This document shows, one piece after another, positions 41,474 through 46,236 of a stretch of 46,236 bases of DNA. The stretch is from Candidatus Falkowbacteria bacterium (GTDB lineage: Bacteria; Patescibacteriota; Patescibacteriia; CAIXNZ01), in contig CAVZGV010000001.1 in NCBI GenBank assembly GCA_963774955.1, positions 1 through 46,236 of the forward strand. The letters run 5' to 3'. The notes beneath the pieces are model-generated. The model was not told the origin of the DNA and ran no database searches. It saw only the letters and a program-made list of their open reading frames with translations. Position 1 is the first letter of the stretch, and each line of letters opens with the position of its first letter. The translations under genes and the position numbers were made by a program.

Positions 41474-41503
41474 TTCCGCGAAGCGGAATTCCGCTCCGCG
41501 GCA
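41474..41503 (+). repeat. R2: second copy of the 30-nt double-hairpin repeat (ttccgcgaagcggaattccgctccgcggca)
   Basis: Direct repeat of R1. It sits immediately 5' of the tRNA 3' relic. Confidence 0.8.
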
Positions 41504-41555
41504 GAAAGTTTGTTGGGTAGAAATGCCCTCGGGAGTTCGAATCTCTCACTCTCCG
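41504..41555 (+). pseudogene. 3' relic of the same tRNA-Ser-like gene (from the anticodon loop to the acceptor 3' strand)
   Basis: GAAA-GTTTG, variable arm TTGGGTAGAAATGCCCTC, T arm GGGAG-TTCGAAT-CTCTC, then ACTCTCC-G. ACTCTCC is the exact complement of GGAGAGT at 41006. No D-stem 3' strand or anticodon-stem 5' strand was found. Confidence 0.6.
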
Positions 41556-41688
41556 CCTTCGCTACGCCGTAGCTCGTTAGAGCGTGGGCGAGCAATTACT
41601 AAATTTCACTCGGCATAGCTTCGGCGTTATTAATCCGCAGTTGAGAAAATAATTATATTTGAGGCTTCACAAAATCAAACCCCACGTT

Positions 41689-41922
41689 ATGTACTATGTT
41701 TATTCATTAAAATGTAGGGATGGGTATTATATCGGTTGTACAAATAATTTAGATGACAGATTGTTAAGACATAAAAATGGGCATGTACCTGCAACCGTGA
41801 ATCGTCTCCCAGTAGAATTAGTTTTCTATTTTGCTATTGTTGACAAACATAAAGCTTTTATTTTTGAAAAGTACTTAAAGTCAGGCTCTGGACGAGCTTT
41901 TATAAATAAACATTTGGCTTAA
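41689..41922 (+). CDS. GIY-YIG nuclease-domain protein (77 aa from MYYVYSL)
   Basis: YYVYSLKCRDGYYIGCTNNLDDRLLRHKNG...E..LK. Start moved to the ATG at 41689. Confidence 0.8.
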   Translation: MYYVYSLKCRDGYYIGCTNNLDDRLLRHKNGHVPATVNRLPVELVFYFAIVDKHKAFIFEKYLKSGSGRAFINKHLA

Positions 41923-41926
41923 ATTA

Positions 41927-42400
41927 ATGACCAAACCAAAATACTCACTCGCTCATAAAGACGATGAAATGGTAGAACTGGTAAAAAAGACCGATCAAAA
42001 GACCTTGGCTGTCTGGGCTATTAATTGCGCTGAACGTGTACTGCCATATTTTAAGAAAAAGTATCCGAATGATCAACGACCTCAACAATCTCTTATAACT
42101 CTCAAGACTTGGCTTAAAACAGGCGTCTTTAAAATGTCAGTTATCCGCAAAGCTTCTTTAGACGCCCATGCAGCTGCTAGGGAAGTAGGCGAGGACAGTC
42201 CGGCTCGTTCAGCTGCGCGTGCCTGTGGTCAGGCTGTAGCAACTGCCCATGTGCCCAGACATGCGTATGGTTCAGCCATATACGCACAACAGGCTATTTT
42301 TAGAACCTCCAACCCAGATGTGGCTGATATTAAAGTAGCGAAAGAACGCGATTGGCAATACCAGCATTTAATAAAGTTAAGAATAAAATCAGTTAATTAA
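41927..42400 (+). CDS. Helical protein resembling Imm-5-like putative immunity proteins
   Basis: LAVWAINCAERVLPYF...DQRPQQSLITLKTWL...LDAHAAAREVGEDSPARSAARACGQAVATAHVPRHAYGSAIYA matches the pattern recalled for that family. Confidence 0.45.
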   Translation: MTKPKYSLAHKDDEMVELVKKTDQKTLAVWAINCAERVLPYFKKKYPNDQRPQQSLITLKTWLKTGVFKMSVIRKASLDAHAAAREVGEDSPARSAARACGQAVATAHVPRHAYGSAIYAQQAIFRTSNPDVADIKVAKERDWQYQHLIKLRIKSVN

Positions 42401-42414
42401 ATTTTTCTAGAATT

Positions 42415-43173
42415 ATGATAATCAAAAAACCTAAGAAAGCCACATTTTTGGTTTTAGTTGTAGGTCTTAGTATGTCACTTATAATCTGGATCGGTTATGA
42501 GTATTCACTATCTGATGATCCTAAAGGCGAGGTAAATATCGTTAAACAAATTATTTATCAGGCCGCAGCAGCAGTCATTCCGATTCATCCGGCTGTTGAT
42601 TTAGAAGTAGCATTTCACCGCCAGGAACATGCGCTTTCGTGCGAAGTGGCAGCTTTGCGCATGGCTTTGCTTTATAGAGGCTTTAATGTAACTGAGAATG
42701 AATTAATCAGTCAATTGCCGATATCTGACCCGGATCCGCGTAACTTAAAAGAGAATACCTGGGGTGATCCAAATTTGGGCTTTGTCGGCAATATAAATGG
42801 CAGGATGCCAAATACCGGTTATGGTGTTTATGAACAGCCTATTTATGATTTGGCATCAAAGTATAGTTCGGCTAGGATTATTACTAACGGCACCATTGCT
42901 GATTTAACTACAGAATTATCTAAGGGGAATCCGGTCGTGGTTTGGGGGGTGATAGGCACGGGCAAAGACATCTCCTGGCAAACTCCTGAAGGAAAAATTA
43001 TTACTGCCAAGCTGGATGAACATGCCCGAACTCTAATTGGTTTTACAGGCAGTTCAGATAATCCCAAGTTAATGATTCTTTTAGACCCGATTTACGGCGA
43101 AATCAGATTATCCATTAGTGCTTTTCAAAAAAACTGGGAAATGCTTGCTAAAAAGGCAGTAGTTATCTATTAG
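42415..43173 (+). CDS. Membrane-anchored C39-like (C39_2) cysteine peptidase domain protein
   Basis: N-terminal TM helix. FHRQEHALSCEVAALRMALLYRGFNVTE holds the catalytic Cys context, with H and D candidates later. Confidence 0.65.
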   Translation: MIIKKPKKATFLVLVVGLSMSLIIWIGYEYSLSDDPKGEVNIVKQIIYQAAAAVIPIHPAVDLEVAFHRQEHALSCEVAALRMALLYRGFNVTENELISQLPISDPDPRNLKENTWGDPNLGFVGNINGRMPNTGYGVYEQPIYDLASKYSSARIITNGTIADLTTELSKGNPVVVWGVIGTGKDISWQTPEGKIITAKLDEHARTLIGFTGSSDNPKLMILLDPIYGEIRLSISAFQKNWEMLAKKAVVIY

Positions 43174-43232
43174 ATTCTTTAAAAATATTGGTAAAATTAA
43201 TACGTTAATAAAATATTCACCTCAAATATCCC

Positions 43233-45374
43233 ATGCTATCACCATCTCAAATTTTAAAAGATAAATTCGGTTATGAATCGTTTAGATTTAACCAGGAAGA
43301 AATTATAAATACAATTCTGCAGAGGCAGGATGTTTTTGTTTTAATGCCGACCGGCGGCGGTAAATCTATTTGTTATCAAATTCCGGCGTTAATATTACCG
43401 GGACTGACAGTTGTTATTTCGCCTTTAATATCGTTGATGAAAGATCAGGTGGATGCCCTGAGGGTAAATGGAATTAATGCCTCTTATTTAAATTCTTCAC
43501 TTTCAGATGAAGAATCTTTCGCTGTCTATGAACAACTTGAGCAGGGAAGTCTTAAACTTCTTTATGTAGCGCCTGAACGGTTATTTAATAACAACGGTCA
43601 ATTTATTAATTTTTTAAAAAGTTTAAACGTGACTTTATTTGCCATTGACGAAGCTCATTGTATTTCGCATTGGGGGCATGATTTTCGGCCAGAATATCGG
43701 ATGCTTTCATCTCTGAAAAATGATTTTCCCGAAGTCCCGATTATTGCTTTAACAGCTACTGCTGACCAGCTTACCCGCGAGGATATTTTAGATAAATTAA
43801 AATTAAATATAGATAAAATTTTTATATCCAGCTTTAACCGTCCCAATATCCATTACTTTGTGGAACCAAAGCGGGGTATGTATGATCATCTGTTGGATTA
43901 TTTGGCCTTGCACCGTGATGATTCTGGTATTATCTATGTTTTATCCCGCAATTCCACTGAGACTTTAGCTGATAAACTCAAGCGTAACGGATTTTTAGCC
44001 CAAGCTTATCACGCCGGCATGAGTAACGATGACCGTAATGAATGTCAGAATTTATTTGCCAAAGATGAAATTAAAATAATTGTAGCCACCATTGCTTTTG
44101 GTATGGGTATAAATAAATCAAATGTTCGTTTTGTGATTCATGCTGATCTGCCGAAAAATATTGAAAGTTATTATCAGGAGACAGGACGGGCAGGCAGAGA
44201 TGGCCTCAGAAGCGATGCGATTTTATATTTTAGCGGTGGCGATGTTATAAAACTTAAAAATTTCGCCATGGTGGCTGGAAATCCGGAACAATCTCGGATC
44301 ATGCTGAGAAAACTGTCACAAATGGCGGCACTTTGCGAGGGGCATGAATGTCGTCGCAAAGCCATACTTAATTATTTTGGCGAACAAGCTCCTGATCAAT
44401 GTGCTAGTTGCGATATCTGTCTGAGTACCCGTGAAAAATATGAGGCTACAGTCATTGCGCAAAAAGCCCTCTCAGCCGTGGCTGAATTGGGCAGTCGTTT
44501 TGGACTTACCTACGTTGTGGATTTTTTACGCGGTTCAAAATCAGCAAAAATAAAAGACCATCATAAAAATTTCAAATCTTACGGTAGTGGCGATGATATT
44601 ACTAAAACAGACTGGTTTTGCTATTTACGTGATTTAATTTCCCTTGGTTATCTCAAACAAATCGGTGCTGAGTATCCGATTCTTAGTCTGACAGAAAAAA
44701 GCTCCTTAGTACTTAAGGGTAATGAACCGGTTTATTTTTTCAAAACGATTTCTAAAAAAGAAACCGCCTTGGGGGAAATGCCCTATGAAAAAGAATTATT
44801 GGCTGAACTTAAACAAGTGCGTAATAATTGGGCACGGCAAGAAGATGTTCCTGCCTACATTATTTTTTCAGACGCTACTTTACTGGAACTGGCAACTTAC
44901 TTACCGCAAACTGAAACAGAGATTAGAAAGATTTCCGGGTTTGGCGATGTCAAGCTGGCAAAATACGGCAAGCCGTTTCTGAATGTGGTTGTTACTTATT
45001 GTAATCAACATTCCTTAAGTTCCAAAATTTCCGAAAAAGTTCCCAAGCGTGAAAAAAAAGTGCCACGTGAATCTGATTCTGTTACTAAGGCGACTTCATA
45101 CGACATGTTTAAAGAGGGCAAGACGATTTCTGAAATTGCCTCAATCCGCAAGTTATCACTTACAACCATTGAAAACCATCTGGCCTTTTACATTTTGGAA
45201 GGCAAATTAAAAGTACATGACCTGGTCCCACTGAACAAAATTTCCAAAATTACCGCAGCGATTGAAAAACATGGCCCGGAATTATTAAATCCTTTGAAAG
45301 AAGCGCTGGGTGAAGATGTCAGTTATGGTGAAATCAAAGCGGTAATTAATCACCTGAAAAGCGTTCAGGTTTGA
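43233..45374 (+). CDS. recQ: ATP-dependent DNA helicase RecQ with HRDC and a C-terminal HTH extension
   Basis: LMPTGGGKSICYQIPAL, DEAHCISHWGHDFRPEY, TATA, QETGRAGRDG, and a Zn motif C...C..C..C. Confidence 0.93.
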   Translation: MLSPSQILKDKFGYESFRFNQEEIINTILQRQDVFVLMPTGGGKSICYQIPALILPGLTVVISPLISLMKDQVDALRVNGINASYLNSSLSDEESFAVYEQLEQGSLKLLYVAPERLFNNNGQFINFLKSLNVTLFAIDEAHCISHWGHDFRPEYRMLSSLKNDFPEVPIIALTATADQLTREDILDKLKLNIDKIFISSFNRPNIHYFVEPKRGMYDHLLDYLALHRDDSGIIYVLSRNSTETLADKLKRNGFLAQAYHAGMSNDDRNECQNLFAKDEIKIIVATIAFGMGINKSNVRFVIHADLPKNIESYYQETGRAGRDGLRSDAILYFSGGDVIKLKNFAMVAGNPEQSRIMLRKLSQMAALCEGHECRRKAILNYFGEQAPDQCASCDICLSTREKYEATVIAQKALSAVAELGSRFGLTYVVDFLRGSKSAKIKDHHKNFKSYGSGDDITKTDWFCYLRDLISLGYLKQIGAEYPILSLTEKSSLVLKGNEPVYFFKTISKKETALGEMPYEKELLAELKQVRNNWARQEDVPAYIIFSDATLLELATYLPQTETEIRKISGFGDVKLAKYGKPFLNVVVTYCNQHSLSSKISEKVPKREKKVPRESDSVTKATSYDMFKEGKTISEIASIRKLSLTTIENHLAFYILEGKLKVHDLVPLNKISKITAAIEKHGPELLNPLKEALGEDVSYGEIKAVINHLKSVQV

Positions 45375-45402
45375 TCCATCAGGCTTGGGTATACTAAAGG
45401 AG

Positions 45403-46236
45403 TTGGAACAAGAGTAAGATAAAAATAACTAATAATTAACTCTTGTTCTATGATCGCTTTATTAAAACAAATACCTTCGGAAACAAAAATTAAGAAAGAA
45501 TTAAGGAAAGTACTTTTCGGCAAGAATATGTTTTGCCCATTCTGCCATTCAAGGAAAGTATTTAGGTCAGAAAAGCGATATCGTTGCAGAAGGTGCAGGA
45601 AACCTTTCAATTTGTTATCAGCAACTTGGCTTAGTAACATGAAATTATCCCTGCGGACATTTTGGGCCTTGCTTTGGTGCTGGACTCAACAAATTCCCGT
45701 TTTGCAGAGTTCAAAATTGTGCCACATGAGCGAACCAACGGTTTATCACTGGTTTAGGGAATTCAGGGTGCATTTGCCCCAATTTGAGCCTATTTTACAA
45801 GGTACGATACAAATGGATGAAGCATATTTCAAAAGGTTATCGCTGCTATTGGCAAAACAAGTTGGCACTAAAAAGTTAGCTTATCAAATTATATTTAAAA
45901 ACTCTGTAAACAAAACTGAAACTACTCAATTCCTATTTCAGCATGTACAACCTAAAAGTAGATTGCAAACTGACGGCTCTAGCATTTACAAGAATATTAA
46001 TCAGTGGTGGCAAGTAAAGCACAAAAGGGATATCCATAAAAAATGGGAATTCAGTTTGACTTCAGAAATCGAAGGCATGTTTGGAAATCTTCGTACTTTT
46101 ATCCGTCGGATGTATCATCATACGACCCCGGAATATCTTCCGGAATATGTGAGTGAATTTTGCATCAGATTTTCCTCACCTGAAATCTTCGATTCTCCGC
46201 TAACTTACCTTAAGAACTCTATTACTCTTGTTCCAA
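45403..46236 (+). mobile_element. IS1595-family insertion sequence; 15-bp perfect terminal inverted repeats; the right end coincides with the window end
   Basis: IRL TTGGAACAAGAGTAA at 45403-45417. IRR TTACTCTTGTTCCAA at 46222-46236. Confidence 0.8.
45450..46236 (+). CDS. IS1595/ISXO2-like DDE transposase; open to the end of the window and absent from the ORF track
   Basis: MIALLKQIPSE...CPFCHSRKVFRSEKRYRCRRCRKPF (Zn ribbon)...IQMDEAYF...TDGSSIYKNI...MFGNLRTFIRRMYHH. There is no stop before nt 46236. Confidence 0.8.
   Translation, partial: MIALLKQIPSETKIKKELRKVLFGKNMFCPFCHSRKVFRSEKRYRCRRCRKPFNLLSATWLSNMKLSLRTFWALLWCWTQQIPVLQSSKLCHMSEPTVYHWFREFRVHLPQFEPILQGTIQMDEAYFKRLSLLLAKQVGTKKLAYQIIFKNSVNKTETTQFLFQHVQPKSRLQTDGSSIYKNINQWWQVKHKRDIHKKWEFSLTSEIEGMFGNLRTFIRRMYHHTTPEYLPEYVSEFCIRFSSPEIFDSPLTYLKNSITLVP

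Noticed and set aside
41372-41572. 66-aa ORF in the track (MEGSPSGLWRTLGK...).
   Set aside because: It is a translation across tRNA-Ser(GGA), repeat R2 and the tRNA relic, and is not a gene.
2485-44982. Many 60-136-aa ORFs in the track nested in or antisense to large genes: 2485..2691, 4681..4965, 4899..5087, 5260..5514, 5572..5772, 6243..6491, 7236..7469, 7324..7506, 8200..8439, 8667..8882, 11184..11489, 12375..12680, 13097..13324, 13881..14063, 14232..14432, 15365..15547, 15537..15848, 17541..17729, 17847..18047, 20060..20338, 21172..21387, 21412..21603, 21622..21849, 23337..23747, 24371..24757, 27306..27494, 28095..28406, 28721..28909, 29505..29828, 30114..30296, 30679..30879, 30970..31215, 30991..31311, 34661..34870, 34854..35111, 35393..35662, 36750..37046, 37275..37526, 40593..40811, 42843..43067, 43655..43846, 44174..44365, 44722..44982.
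   Set aside because: Each overlaps a longer ORF with clear family motifs or better start signals. They lack Shine-Dalgarno sequences and have shadow-frame composition.
45365-45640. 91-aa minus-strand ORF.
   Set aside because: It is antisense to the IS1595 left end and the transposase N-terminus, and overlaps the recQ stop. No coding signals are present.

Overview
Low-GC (about 32-36% in sampled stretches), gene-dense bacterial contig. The gene set and style look CPR/Patescibacteria-like, but that is an inference. Housekeeping genes: a purC-purE fusion (5' partial), uvrD/pcrA-type helicase, folD-glyA, a bacterial Elp3 beside a Trm9-like methyltransferase, murC, murB, gatC/gatA, a proB-like kinase, recQ and one tRNA-Ser(GGA). 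Accessory content: (i) an island (nt 3400-7300) of small single-gene units, each with a near-consensus TTGACA-N17-TATAAT promoter and hairpin terminator, three sharing a ~45-bp terminator/-35 cassette; (ii) three co-directional large proteins with no motif I recognise (12912-16719); (iii) two large surface proteins; (iv) a CsoR-controlled copper/thiol module (csoR, Cys-rich membrane protein, HMA-membrane-cupredoxin fusion, copA, two DsbA-like proteins, one apparently circularly permuted); (v) an IS1595-type element ending exactly at the window edge. The most unusual signal is a family of AT-rich, roughly 10-nt periodic word arrays in inverted orientation. They occur empty (1041-1125, 22412-22488, 4654-4702) or bracket small selfish ORFs: GxxExxY at 11676 and a four-helix-bundle IVS-type protein between gatC and gatA. 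They are associated with a displaced murC 3' end (18302-18343) and an in-frame word array inside folD. A second tRNA-Ser-like gene is split into 5' and 3' relics around a GIY-YIG ORF plus the intact tRNA-Ser. A GC-rich structured intergenic region (9580-9935) may be an unclassified ncRNA. All calls come from reading the sequence and the ORF track; no searches were run.
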